Source: Polyangiales bacterium (GTDB taxonomy: Bacteria; Myxococcota_A; Polyangia; Polyangiales; Ga0077539). Taken from it: 64,000 nt of DNA. Under the pieces are notes generated by a model, which was given only the letters and a program-made list of their open reading frames with translations, was not told where the DNA came from and did not search any database. Both the position numbers and the translations under genes were made by a program. Location of the stretch: the NCBI GenBank assembly GCA_044229975.1, contig JBGARZ010000025.1, positions 1 through 64,000 on the forward strand. The letters run 5' to 3'. This document shows, one piece after another, positions 1 to 8,969 of this stretch (positions are counted from its first letter, which is position 1; the number at the start of each line of letters is the position of its first letter).

Positions 1-53
1 CGATGATGTCCATCGCGCAGACGGCGAACGAGTCGCGGTCGGCTCGATGGACA

Positions 54-941
54 TCAAGCGACGGGCGTCATCGCGCCGCGCCGTTGATGCCCATCAGCCA
101 ACCGGTGCACTACGCCATCAACCAACGTGCCCGGTAACAGCATCCTCGGCCCCGAGCGATCGCGCCACACTTCACCAGCCTGCTCCAACAGGGTATCCGC
201 CGGGTCGATCCCCGAGTTCGCGATTCGCTCGACGACCCGCAAGGCGCCGAACACTGCCTGGGGATCCCTCCAAGGAACTTCGGCGAGCCATCCAACGGCG
301 GCGCCGATCAACTCTTCCCGCCGATCGTTGTCGATGCCGTGGCGCACCAGGGAAGGCGCGATCTCGGACATCCAGTGGAGGCGTTCGACGGGATCGTCGA
401 ACGCGATGTCGGCGACCTCCCCCAACCAGACGCCGAGACCGTCGCGCTCGCAGCCAGAGGTGGAGCCCTGGCAGGAGCGGGCGCGGGCGAACACCGCAGC
501 GATGAGAATGCTCCGCAACTCATCCGTGGGGATCTCGTCCCACGCCACGTCATCGGCCGAGGAGTCGGTGTCTTTGAGCGGGTTGGTCGCGCGGAGCCAG
601 GCGTGGGCAAGGTTGAGGTTTGGTGCGGGGGCTTCCTCCGCTGCGCTCTGGACGCCGTTGGCATCGAGGAGGGCACGGGTCTCGACCGGCAACGGCAGCT
701 CGGCATGGGACGGCGCAGATGCGGCGACCGGGGCAGGGGCGGGGGGCAAGGGATCGCTCGCCGCGACCGAGGGCGCGGCATAGCCGACCGGACTCCTGTA
801 ACGGGCCGTCACCCCCCACGTCGGCGGGGCCACGACGGCGGGTAGAGCCTCGCCCACGGAAGCCGTTGGCAGCTGCACCGCGGGGCCGAGGAAACGCCGG
901 AAGAACTCGACGCCCAGCAGGACCCCGCGGGCAATCTTCAT
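54..941 (-). CDS. hypothetical protein
   Basis: 295-aa ORF with a Pro/Ala-rich linker and a globular-looking C-terminus; no recognisable motif. Confidence 0.6.
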   Translation of the reverse strand: MKIARGVLLGVEFFRRFLGPAVQLPTASVGEALPAVVAPPTWGVTARYRSPVGYAAPSVAASDPLPPAPAPVAASAPSHAELPLPVETRALLDANGVQSAAEEAPAPNLNLAHAWLRATNPLKDTDSSADDVAWDEIPTDELRSILIAAVFARARSCQGSTSGCERDGLGVWLGEVADIAFDDPVERLHWMSEIAPSLVRHGIDNDRREELIGAAVGWLAEVPWRDPQAVFGALRVVERIANSGIDPADTLLEQAGEVWRDRSGPRMLLPGTLVDGVVHRLADGHQRRGAMTPVA

Positions 942-984
942 GGCCCATTCGTGGAGCCACTCAGCCAGGCTACGCAGAGTCGTT

Positions 985-1104
985 TCAACGAGCGACGGTA
1001 CCCTGACGGGGACCCGGGCAGGCCGACACCGGCACAGAGACCGCGGGCAGGGGAACCTGACCCTGCGGCCGAAGAATCCAAGCGGGGAAGGTGTGATCGT
1101 CCAT
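985..1104 (-). CDS. small hypothetical protein (39 aa)
   Basis: ATG at 1104 preceded by a strong RBS (TAAGGAG, complement of 1115-1121); same strand as and just upstream of 54..941. Confidence 0.35.
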   Translation of the reverse strand: MDDHTFPAWILRPQGQVPLPAVSVPVSACPGPRQGTVAR

Positions 1105-1490
1105 GGTGGAATGACTCCTTAGGAGAAGAGGGCGAGGTTTCTGAGCGACGCGACCGGTCTCCTTTCCAAGACACTCTCGTCGCCCTCCCAACGCGTAGAC
1201 AATTCGCCCATGAGTTCGGCTTCGCGCCCACTCAAAGGATGATTATTCGCGCTTTTGGACTTCTGGACCGCTTTCGAGGGCGGCAAGGACGGGAAGACCC
1301 CCTTATGAACCCCCTTGGGAGCGCACCTGATCTCACGGCTCATCGACGGAGCGTGTCGTCGACCGTGGTGTGAAATGCGATTTTGCCCGCCAGATCCGCT
1401 GGTTTCTGAGGCGAGTCGCCCGTGTTGGACCGACCCAGGCCTTGCAGACGTTGCTTGTACGCATCGCACAAACGGCCTGAGCTCCGGCAA

Positions 1491-2483
1491 TTATCGCGGG
1501 TTCGAGTTCACGGGGAGGTTCCGCAGGAACAGGGCGAGCGCCTCCAAGGGGCTGAGGACGGGAGGGCTTGGGGGAGCGGAGGGCTGGGGAGCAGGCAGCG
1601 GGTCCGGGTGCGGCGTGTTCCGAATGCCGGCGAGAGCGGCGTAGCCGACGGCCTGAGCGCCCCTGGCCATCAACGGCGATTCCCGCGTCGGCGTCGAGGG
1701 TGAACCCGGGAGCGGGGGTGTTGTGCCGTGGACCGGTGCGGACCTCTGCGTCTCGGTGACTGACTCAGCTGGAGTCTTCTCCGGGCTATCGGCCGCCGCC
1801 ACCGTCAGCGTACCTGCCGCCAACCTGACAACATCCGCCTTGCGCTGCCGCCGCTCGTTGGCGAGCCCTGCTCGCACCTCGGCGAGTCCTTCGCGGCCCT
1901 TCTGGTGCCGCGTGTCCTGCTGGGTCTCCAGTTCGTTCACGCGGTTCACGAGGCGTTCGAGCTTCTCCTGCATCGTCTCGATGAGCTCGTGGCCACGGAG
2001 CGCTTCTTTCAGGTGCTTCTCCCGCTGCACGGCCAGGTCATGCTCTAGCTGGACGTTGGCGGCGTAGGCCTCGCGGAGATGTGTCTGGAGTTCCTGTACC
2101 CGCTCCATGATCCGATGCGTCCCACGTCTCGCCGCCGTCGTGGTCGACGGCCGCCGGGGGTAATCGCTGGGAACCCTTGGGGGGACCACGACGGGTTCGA
2201 GCGTGTCGGCCTGCACCTCAACGGAGAAGGAGCCCCCAGGGACGAAGCGACCGCTCTCGTCGACGCCCGCCACGCGATAGCGCCCGGGACCCAGGTCTAC
2301 CAGAGACGAGCGTAGCTTCGCTGGAGTGACGCGGGCGACATGCTCGCGCCGACCACCACGCTGGTGCGTGCCCGTCAGGACCCGACCAATCGTCAGGTGG
2401 ATCGTTCCCTCGGGCAGCGTCGGGAACGTTACGCGATGCGAACCGCCAGGGGCATCAGGCGACGAGACGTCGGGCGCGTTCAT
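1491..2483 (-). CDS. hypothetical protein with central coiled coil
   Basis: ORF from ATG 2483; heptad-like segment (MERVQELQTHLREAY...LERLVNRVNELE); Pro-rich tail. Confidence 0.55.
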   Translation of the reverse strand: MNAPDVSSPDAPGGSHRVTFPTLPEGTIHLTIGRVLTGTHQRGGRREHVARVTPAKLRSSLVDLGPGRYRVAGVDESGRFVPGGSFSVEVQADTLEPVVVPPRVPSDYPRRPSTTTAARRGTHRIMERVQELQTHLREAYAANVQLEHDLAVQREKHLKEALRGHELIETMQEKLERLVNRVNELETQQDTRHQKGREGLAEVRAGLANERRQRKADVVRLAAGTLTVAAADSPEKTPAESVTETQRSAPVHGTTPPLPGSPSTPTRESPLMARGAQAVGYAALAGIRNTPHPDPLPAPQPSAPPSPPVLSPLEALALFLRNLPVNSNPR

Positions 2484-2550
2484 AGGGTGGCCGTCCGGGG
2501 TGAAAGAGGCAGTACATGCCGACGAGACAACAACAGATCGCCAAGTTCTG

Positions 2551-2576
2551 GGGGTTTGGTGCAGGGGTTTGGTGCA
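2551..2576. repeat. perfect tandem direct repeat GGGGTTTGGTGCA x2
   Basis: 13-bp unit at 2551-2563 and 2564-2576, in a lower-GC intergenic stretch. Confidence 0.85.
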
Positions 2577-2861
2577 AATATGAAGTAGCCCGGTTTCGCA
2601 TCCCCATTTGCGAGTCACCCAGCAGATTGAGCATAGAAACATCGAGGGCTGTCGTCACTTGAAAAATCGTGATGACTATCGAATGACTGGCTTGTGGCTG
2701 GCGAGCTTGCGACAAATTGACCGCGAATTGGGGCGCAGAGTGGGCGTTGGAGGCTCCCGTCGGGGGCGCCGCGGGACGCGCTGGCCTGGGTTTCATGGGC
2801 TTGGCGACGAGCCAGCGAGCCGCCTGTTCAGGCCATGGCGAGTGCCGACAATATCGCAGTT

Positions 2862-2942
2862 GTTACGGCCGTTACGACTGTTGCGGTCTCTACAGGCATC
2901 GCGGCCGTCACAACCGTTACGGCCGTTACAACCGTTACGACC
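2862..2942. repeat. degenerate 9-bp tandem repeat (consensus GTTACGRCC), about 9 units
   Basis: gttacggcc/gttacgact/gttgcggtc/tctacaggc/atcgcggcc/gtcacaacc/gttacggcc/gttacaacc/gttacgacc. Confidence 0.8.
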
Positions 2943-3157
2943 ATGGCCCATGGGATCGACCTGGCAGGACACGATCGGAACGCCGTAAGCAGTCGCTCCG
3001 TCGCCCCGGCAAGAAAACTTCACGTTGAACTCGACGCGCGATCCGGCAGTGATCTACGATCGAAGGCGTCAGGGGGAGATCCCTCGGACAACGCATCGAC
3101 CGTAGTGGGCAGTGGCCGGATCGATTGGCGTTTTCACATCTGAAAGTTGAAAGACAC

Positions 3158-4255
3158 ATGCCGCCGTTCAATGCTCGCGCATCAGTCGACTCCGCCCAGT
3201 GGCCATCGGACCCCACAGCTGAACTCGACTACGACGAATTTCTCGGGCTGCGCGATGCGCCCAATCGTCCACCAGTAGCCAGGGCGCGGATGACCCTCCT
3301 CCGCTCGACGGAGCGTACGGTCGCCATCATCGAGCGCTGGGGTCCCCTTCGGCCAATCGTCGACATCATCTCTGATCGGTCGGCGTCCCTCCGCGCCGTG
3401 AAGCGGTCGCGAAAGCCGAAGGGTGAGACCGTGCCTCAGGTGCGGGACATCGCTAGCGCACCGGTGTCCACGTCGCCCAGCAGTGCGGAAGGCGAGGAAC
3501 TCCTAACCACCCAGGCCGCGGCACTGTATTGCGGCTACCTCAGTGAAGTAGGTATTCGAAAAGCGAAGCACGATCGTCGGTTGGTGCCCGCCCGGGTGGG
3601 GAAGAATCGTTCCTATCTATGGCGTCGCTCCGACCTCGATGCGCACAATCTCCGTCGGGGCTATGTCCGCGGTGACGCGCACCTCGTGGGCGGTGGAGTC
3701 GTGCGCGAAACGAACGCTGGAGCCGAGGTTGGTGATTCTCCAGGGACGTCCGCGGAGGGCGATCGCAGGGACCTACCGGCGGACGTGAGTCCTGATGTCG
3801 CGGCTCCGGTCGTTGAGCCGATCGTGGCTGCGGCGTCGGCCCCTTCTGTCCCGACCGATGTAGCGGACGTGGCACTGGGATCGGTGGAAGAGCACTCCCC
3901 GACCGCGAAGGTCTCTGAAGCCGTCGAGATCGCGCGGCCTTCTTTCGCCCCTCTCGCTGATCAGAGCAACTCGCCGAGCTCCACCACGACCTTGGTGCTC
4001 GCCACCCGCGATGGCGAACCGCACACCGCGGCAGGCAACCCGGTCGCTGTGACGCCGTCAGCCTGGCGTAGGAGACCGCTGGCTGCCGTCCTACGGGTCG
4101 TCCTGCTGTGGGAGGTCGCTGGCGCAGCGGAGCCCACTGTCCCCACCGCTTCGCCCGAGGTGCCACGTACGACGGTCGTCCGGTCGCCACGTTGCAATAC
4201 CGGCGTCCCCTACCGTGGTGCCCTTCCTGCGCGGCAGCATCGCGCCTCAGGCTGA
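3158..4255 (+). CDS. protein with excisionase-like (HTH_17/MerR-like) helix-turn-helix
   Basis: ELLTTQAAALYCGYLSEVGIRKAKHDRRLVPARVGKNRSYLWRRSDLD resembles an excisionase wHTH; low-complexity C-terminus. Confidence 0.55.
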   Translation: MPPFNARASVDSAQWPSDPTAELDYDEFLGLRDAPNRPPVARARMTLLRSTERTVAIIERWGPLRPIVDIISDRSASLRAVKRSRKPKGETVPQVRDIASAPVSTSPSSAEGEELLTTQAAALYCGYLSEVGIRKAKHDRRLVPARVGKNRSYLWRRSDLDAHNLRRGYVRGDAHLVGGGVVRETNAGAEVGDSPGTSAEGDRRDLPADVSPDVAAPVVEPIVAAASAPSVPTDVADVALGSVEEHSPTAKVSEAVEIARPSFAPLADQSNSPSSTTTLVLATRDGEPHTAAGNPVAVTPSAWRRRPLAAVLRVVLLWEVAGAAEPTVPTASPEVPRTTVVRSPRCNTGVPYRGALPARQHRASG

Positions 4256-4316
4256 TCCTCCGGGACCGATCGCTGTGTTGGTGAACAGTGGCGCTCGGGA
4301 CGGGTAGCCCGCTCGT

Positions 4317-4817
4317 CTACTGGGCGCAGGTGCCTGCCGCCGACGTCGCAGTCGGGAAGCGGCAACCGAGTCCCGCGGGGCATTCGGTGTCGTCGTAACA
4401 GACCAACAGACACTGATCATTGAACTGCGTCTGACAGATGGGGCGCGCGGAGCCGCCGAGGGTTGACGCCGGACAACCACCCTCGACATCACAATACGGC
4501 GAGCAGACCTTCGGACCACCGACTCCGATCCCAACGCAGCGCCCGTTCCGACAGTAAGAGTCCGCACTGGGGCAGGGCGCATAGTTGGCGATGATCGGAC
4601 GCGTGTCGCAGCGCCCCCCGAAGCAAGCACGACCCGGGTCGCAGGCTACGCCGCATTCCCCGCAGTTCTGGGGGTCCGTCCAGATTGTGTACCCCGTCTG
4701 CACGCAGGCGGGCCCGGTGTCGACCACACCCGCGTCGTAGGCGGGCAGCGGCAGAGGAACGTCCCCGCATGCCCCGATACTCAACGTCAGAGCCGCAACC
4801 ACCATCCCTCGTCCCAT
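4317..4817 (-). CDS. Cys-rich secreted lipoprotein (myxobacterial type)
   Basis: Signal peptide with lipobox (SIGAC); DPQNCGECGVAC...C...C motif; many Cys. Confidence 0.7.
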   Translation of the reverse strand: MGRGMVVAALTLSIGACGDVPLPLPAYDAGVVDTGPACVQTGYTIWTDPQNCGECGVACDPGRACFGGRCDTRPIIANYAPCPSADSYCRNGRCVGIGVGGPKVCSPYCDVEGGCPASTLGGSARPICQTQFNDQCLLVCYDDTECPAGLGCRFPTATSAAGTCAQ

Positions 4818-4903
4818 CGACTTCCGCCCTCAGCTTTCTCGTGCGGCGCGCTCTCTTTGCGCCCGACACCGCCGCAGAACTGAGCATCTGAATGCGACGA
4901 TTG

Positions 4904-4917
4904 CAAGACAAGTCTTG
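4904..4917. promoter_or_regulatory. palindromic operator candidate CAAGAC-AA-GTCTTG
   Basis: Perfect 6-2-6 inverted repeat immediately upstream of the XRE gene. Confidence 0.5.
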
Positions 4918-4922
4918 TTTTT

Positions 4923-5402
4923 ATGAGGCGAAGATTCCGTTGGCTCCGCCGGGTGAAGCCGACCAGTGCGGAGCGGGCAGACCTCTACGCGCGAGGTAGC
5001 TACCGGACGATCCTTGCGCGCGTGGCGGCGAATGCTCGCCGGTTGCGGGAGGCGCGCGGCTGGACCCAGGTTCAAGCGGCGGCGGAATGCAGCATGGCGA
5101 CCTTCGTGTTGCAGACCGTTGAGAGCGGGCGGCGCAACTTGTCGGCCACGACGCTGGCCCGCCTCTGCGACGGCTTCGAGGTCGACATCCAGGAGTTGTT
5201 GCTGCCAGCCGCGCCTCTCGCGGAACCAAAGCGTGGGCGACCGAAGAAGGCGTCGATCGCGGCGGACGTGAAACCGGAGGCGACCCCCGATGGTGGTGGC
5301 AGTTCCATCACAAGCTTGCCCGGCGAGACTGGCGCGGAACTCACAGACGCGCCCAGCGGAGGTGCGGCCATTGGTGCCCCGATCAAATCGAACATTGAGT
5401 GA
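4923..5402 (+). CDS. XRE-family HTH transcriptional regulator
   Basis: NARRLREARGWTQVQAAAECSM...VESGRRNLSATTLARLCDGFEV; KRGRPKK AT-hook-like motif; start uncertain. Confidence 0.85.
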   Translation: MRRRFRWLRRVKPTSAERADLYARGSYRTILARVAANARRLREARGWTQVQAAAECSMATFVLQTVESGRRNLSATTLARLCDGFEVDIQELLLPAAPLAEPKRGRPKKASIAADVKPEATPDGGGSSITSLPGETGAELTDAPSGGAAIGAPIKSNIE

Positions 5403-5521
5403 GGCGTCCCCCGGTCTCCACGTGTGCGTGGCCTCAAGCCCGACACTCTGCGTTGCTGGCGTCGCCTCCCACCTCCCGTTGCTGAGACGGCCTCCTTCGC
5501 GTTGACACGCCGCGCGGGCGC

Positions 5522-8500
5522 GTGATGCTGTCCCGCCCGATGACCGACGCTGGGGACGTTCGTGACGCACTGGTCGAGGCCCTCGACATCGACCTCATCG
5601 GCCCGCGGCCCGGCGCGCCGCTCGCCCGTGAACGTCTCGGCCGCCCGCCCTCGCGCTGGTATCTGACCGGGTTCATCGTGCCGGCTGGGGCACCCGTCGA
5701 GCAGCGGATGGACGAAGACGCCGCGCAGGACGACGGTGATGGCGGGGTCGACGTCGACACGCAAGGCGCGGGCGAGGGCGACGCGGAGCAACACACGCCC
5801 ACGCGCAGGTTCTTCCCGTCGTCCGTCGGGCTGAGCGTGCTGGTGCCGGGAGACACCGAGTTCCTCCGCGTGACCCTGTGCTGGGGGGACTACACACGCA
5901 CCGAGGATCCAGATGACCCGCAGAGGAAGCGGGTGATCTGGGTCCGTACGCCGCACCGCGAGATCCTCTCCGTGCGCCCCACGGAGCGGCAGACGCACAC
6001 GGTTCCCAATGGTCGCGGACTGGAGTTGCAGGTCTTCGATCGGGAGGTGCCTAGCATCGAGGGTCGGTCGCTCGTCGAGCCCAACGCGCGGGCGCTCTCG
6101 GTGTTCCTGGTGAACCGACGCGAGATCATGGTCGACCTTGAGGGCGCGAACGAGCGGCGCGACGAGTCCTACGCCTTCCAGGTGCATCTTCAAATCGACT
6201 GCGACACCCGCTTCATCGAGCGCCCCGACGTCCACGGCCACCTGAGCCAGGACCCCGACGAGCGCACCGCCGACCTCCAGTACCGCGACCTCCACGAGTA
6301 CGCCGTCGGGCACGGCATCTCTCCCGTCGCGACGCCCGATCGGGCCGAGTGCACGCGCGTCGAGACCACCTGGATTCCGTCGGCCTTCGTGCACCGGGTC
6401 GAGGCGGTGGGCGCTGCGGAACTCACCCTCGCCGACGCCGCCCTTCAGCTCGATCGCCTCGGTGAAGCGACGGACTCCGCCGTCGTTCAAGCGTCCCTCG
6501 CACCACTCGTCGTCGCGTGGCGGGCGTTCATCACGGCCACGAAGATGGGCGGGTTGACCGTCGAACGGGCGGAGGTCGCCCGGACGCTCTGCGACGACGC
6601 GAAACGCGCGTGCGAGCGGCTCCAGAGGGGCATCGACGCGCTCGCCGATCCGACCGTGTTTCAGTGCTTCACCGCGATGAACCGCGCCATTGCTGCGGCC
6701 ATGCGGCAGCGCGACGGGGGCTACGTGGCGCTCGACGCGACCGCGGGGCGGGTGCCGACTTGGCGACCGTTCCAGCTCGCGTTCATCCTGCTCAATCTGG
6801 TCGGCATGATTGATCCGACCCACGCCGATCGGCAGCGGGTCGACCTGCTCTACTTCCCGACGGGCGGCGGGAAGACCGAGGCGTACCTCGGGCTCGCGGC
6901 GTTCTCGCTGTTGCTCCGTCGCCGTCGTCATCCCGGGCGCGCTGGGGGCGGCGTGGGCGTGTTGATGCGGTACACGCTCCGGCTCCTCACGCTCGATCAG
7001 CTCGAACGCGCGACGACCCTCCTCTGCGCGATGGAACTCCAACGGGCCGCCGACCCCACGACCTGGGGATCGTGGCCCTTCGAGATCGGGCTCTGGGTGG
7101 GTCAGGCAGCCACGCCCAATCGCATCGGCGATCCCAAGAACCCCGCGCCCGGGTCGGCCGTCGATCGCGTGCGGCAGTTCAAGAACGGCGGCGGCGAGCG
7201 CCCCGTCCCCGTCGAGCGTTGCCCCTGGTGCCAGCACGCATTGGAGCGGGCGAGCGGTGCGGAGCCCTTCGACGTCGCCAACGCGGGAACGCCCGGTGCT
7301 CGGCTCCTCGTGCGTTGTGTTCGCAAGGGACTCGACGACCGTGGTGCCCGGTGCCCCTTCTCCCTCGAAGGGGCCGCGCGACGGCTCGGCCCCGGACATC
7401 TTCCGGTCTGCCTCACCGACGAGGAGGTCTATCGTCGACTGCCGGCCTTCGTGATCGCGACGGTCGACAAGTTTGCGAGCCTCCCCTGGGTCGGTCCGTG
7501 CGGCGCAATGCTCGGCAAGGTCACCCACGCTTCCGAGCAGGGCTACTGGGGCCCGAGCGATGGGCATCGCCTGGGCGACAAGGTCAACGTCCCGCCGCCC
7601 GACCTCGTCATCCAGGACGAGCTCCACCTCATCTCGGGCCCGCTCGGTACCATGGTCGGCCTCTACGAGAGCGCCATCGACGCGCTGATGGAGCGCGGCG
7701 GCGTCCGACCGAAGCTCATCGCCTCGACGGCAACGGTTCGACGCGCGGCGGCTCAGACACGGGCGCTCTTCGGTCGTGAAGACACCGCCGTGTTTCCACC
7801 GCCCATGCCCGACCGGCGGTCGCTGTTCTTCGCCCGCACCGTGGTCGATCCCCACACGGCTCGGCGGTACCTCGGCGTCGCGGCGCAGGGACGATCGCAC
7901 AAGGTCGTGATGCTTCGCGTGTACCTCGCGCTGCTCTCGGCCTCGAAGAAGCACTGGGAGGCTCACGGTGGTCCACGTCGGGACAACCCGGCCGACCCGT
8001 ACATGACCCTGCTCGGCTACTTCAACAGCTTGAAGGAGCTCGGCAACGCCCGACGCATCGTCGAGGACGAGGTCGTGTCGCGGGTGCGCGCCTACAGCCA
8101 GCACGTGCGCCTCCAGGACGACCCGCAGCACTTCGCCGACCGTACGCTCAGCTACGACGTCGAGGAGCTCACCTCGCGCGCCTCGACGGTGAAGGTCTCG
8201 CAGACCAAGGCGGCGCTGGGCCTCACCCACGACCACCAGCCCACGGGCGGTGACCTCAAGCCCGTCGATGTCGCCCTGGCGACCAACATGATCTCCGTGG
8301 GCCTCGACATCACGCGGCTCGGCTTGATGGTCCTCTACGGTCAGCCGAAGGCGGCGGCGGAGTACATCCAGGCGACCAGCCGAGTCGGGCGCGACCCGAA
8401 GCGCCCCGGGCTCGTGGTGACCCTGCTCAACATCCACCGACCGCGCGATCGTTCGCACTATGAACGATTCGAGATCTTCCACGAGGCCTTCTACCGGGCC

Positions 8501-8959
8501 GTCGAGGCTACGAGCGTCACGCCGTTCTCCCCGCGCGCCATGGACCGTGGCCTCGCCGCGGTCACCGTCGCGCTCGCTCGCCAGGGGTGGGAGCAGCTCA
8601 CGCCGGCCCGAGGCGTAAGCCAGATCAAGGCGTTGCGCACCGAGCTCGACGCAGTGGCCGCCACGCTCGATGAGCGCGAGCGTCGTCACGTCGTAGCCCC
8701 AGTGGTGCCGCGTGCTGGAGCGCGCGCGAAGGACATCCTCGACGCGTGGATGAGCCTCGTGGCGCAGTACAAGGCCCACACCGAACTTCAGTACGGCACG
8801 GAGCTCGACTCCAAGCAGGCCAAGGCCCTGCTCCACTCGCCGCTGGAGGAGGTGCCGCCAGAGTTCGAGAAATTCAGGGCGCGGCGCTCGCTGCGCGACG
8901 TCGAGGCCAAGGCCAACGTCTGGGTCAAGACGCTCTCAGCGGACGGCGACGAGGAGTGA
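5522..8959 (+). CDS. drmA: DISARM helicase DrmA (SF2)
   Basis: Walker A FPTGGGKTEAY, YTLRLLT, QDELH, ATNMISVGLD, YIQATSRVGR, PRDRSHYERF; start may be ATG 5540. Confidence 0.9.
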   Translation: MMLSRPMTDAGDVRDALVEALDIDLIGPRPGAPLARERLGRPPSRWYLTGFIVPAGAPVEQRMDEDAAQDDGDGGVDVDTQGAGEGDAEQHTPTRRFFPSSVGLSVLVPGDTEFLRVTLCWGDYTRTEDPDDPQRKRVIWVRTPHREILSVRPTERQTHTVPNGRGLELQVFDREVPSIEGRSLVEPNARALSVFLVNRREIMVDLEGANERRDESYAFQVHLQIDCDTRFIERPDVHGHLSQDPDERTADLQYRDLHEYAVGHGISPVATPDRAECTRVETTWIPSAFVHRVEAVGAAELTLADAALQLDRLGEATDSAVVQASLAPLVVAWRAFITATKMGGLTVERAEVARTLCDDAKRACERLQRGIDALADPTVFQCFTAMNRAIAAAMRQRDGGYVALDATAGRVPTWRPFQLAFILLNLVGMIDPTHADRQRVDLLYFPTGGGKTEAYLGLAAFSLLLRRRRHPGRAGGGVGVLMRYTLRLLTLDQLERATTLLCAMELQRAADPTTWGSWPFEIGLWVGQAATPNRIGDPKNPAPGSAVDRVRQFKNGGGERPVPVERCPWCQHALERASGAEPFDVANAGTPGARLLVRCVRKGLDDRGARCPFSLEGAARRLGPGHLPVCLTDEEVYRRLPAFVIATVDKFASLPWVGPCGAMLGKVTHASEQGYWGPSDGHRLGDKVNVPPPDLVIQDELHLISGPLGTMVGLYESAIDALMERGGVRPKLIASTATVRRAAAQTRALFGREDTAVFPPPMPDRRSLFFARTVVDPHTARRYLGVAAQGRSHKVVMLRVYLALLSASKKHWEAHGGPRRDNPADPYMTLLGYFNSLKELGNARRIVEDEVVSRVRAYSQHVRLQDDPQHFADRTLSYDVEELTSRASTVKVSQTKAALGLTHDHQPTGGDLKPVDVALATNMISVGLDITRLGLMVLYGQPKAAAEYIQATSRVGRDPKRPGLVVTLLNIHRPRDRSHYERFEIFHEAFYRAVEATSVTPFSPRAMDRGLAAVTVALARQGWEQLTPARGVSQIKALRTELDAVAATLDERERRHVVAPVVPRAGARAKDILDAWMSLVAQYKAHTELQYGTELDSKQAKALLHSPLEEVPPEFEKFRARRSLRDVEAKANVWVKTLSADGDEE

Positions 8960-8969
8960 GGGGAAGCCG

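Noticed and set aside
2700..2775. Complete tRNA gene
   Set aside because: Only a 3'-end-like fragment is visible; no D-arm, anticodon arm or TTC T-loop upstream.
2862..2942. Repeat considered as a CRISPR array
   Set aside because: 9-bp contiguous units with no unique spacers and no cas genes in the window.
5072..8836. 1254-aa minus-strand ORF
   Set aside because: Antisense shadow of drmA. High-GC codon bias removes stops on the opposite strand, and it has no motifs. The same applies to the long antisense ORFs over drmD, drmMI and czcA.
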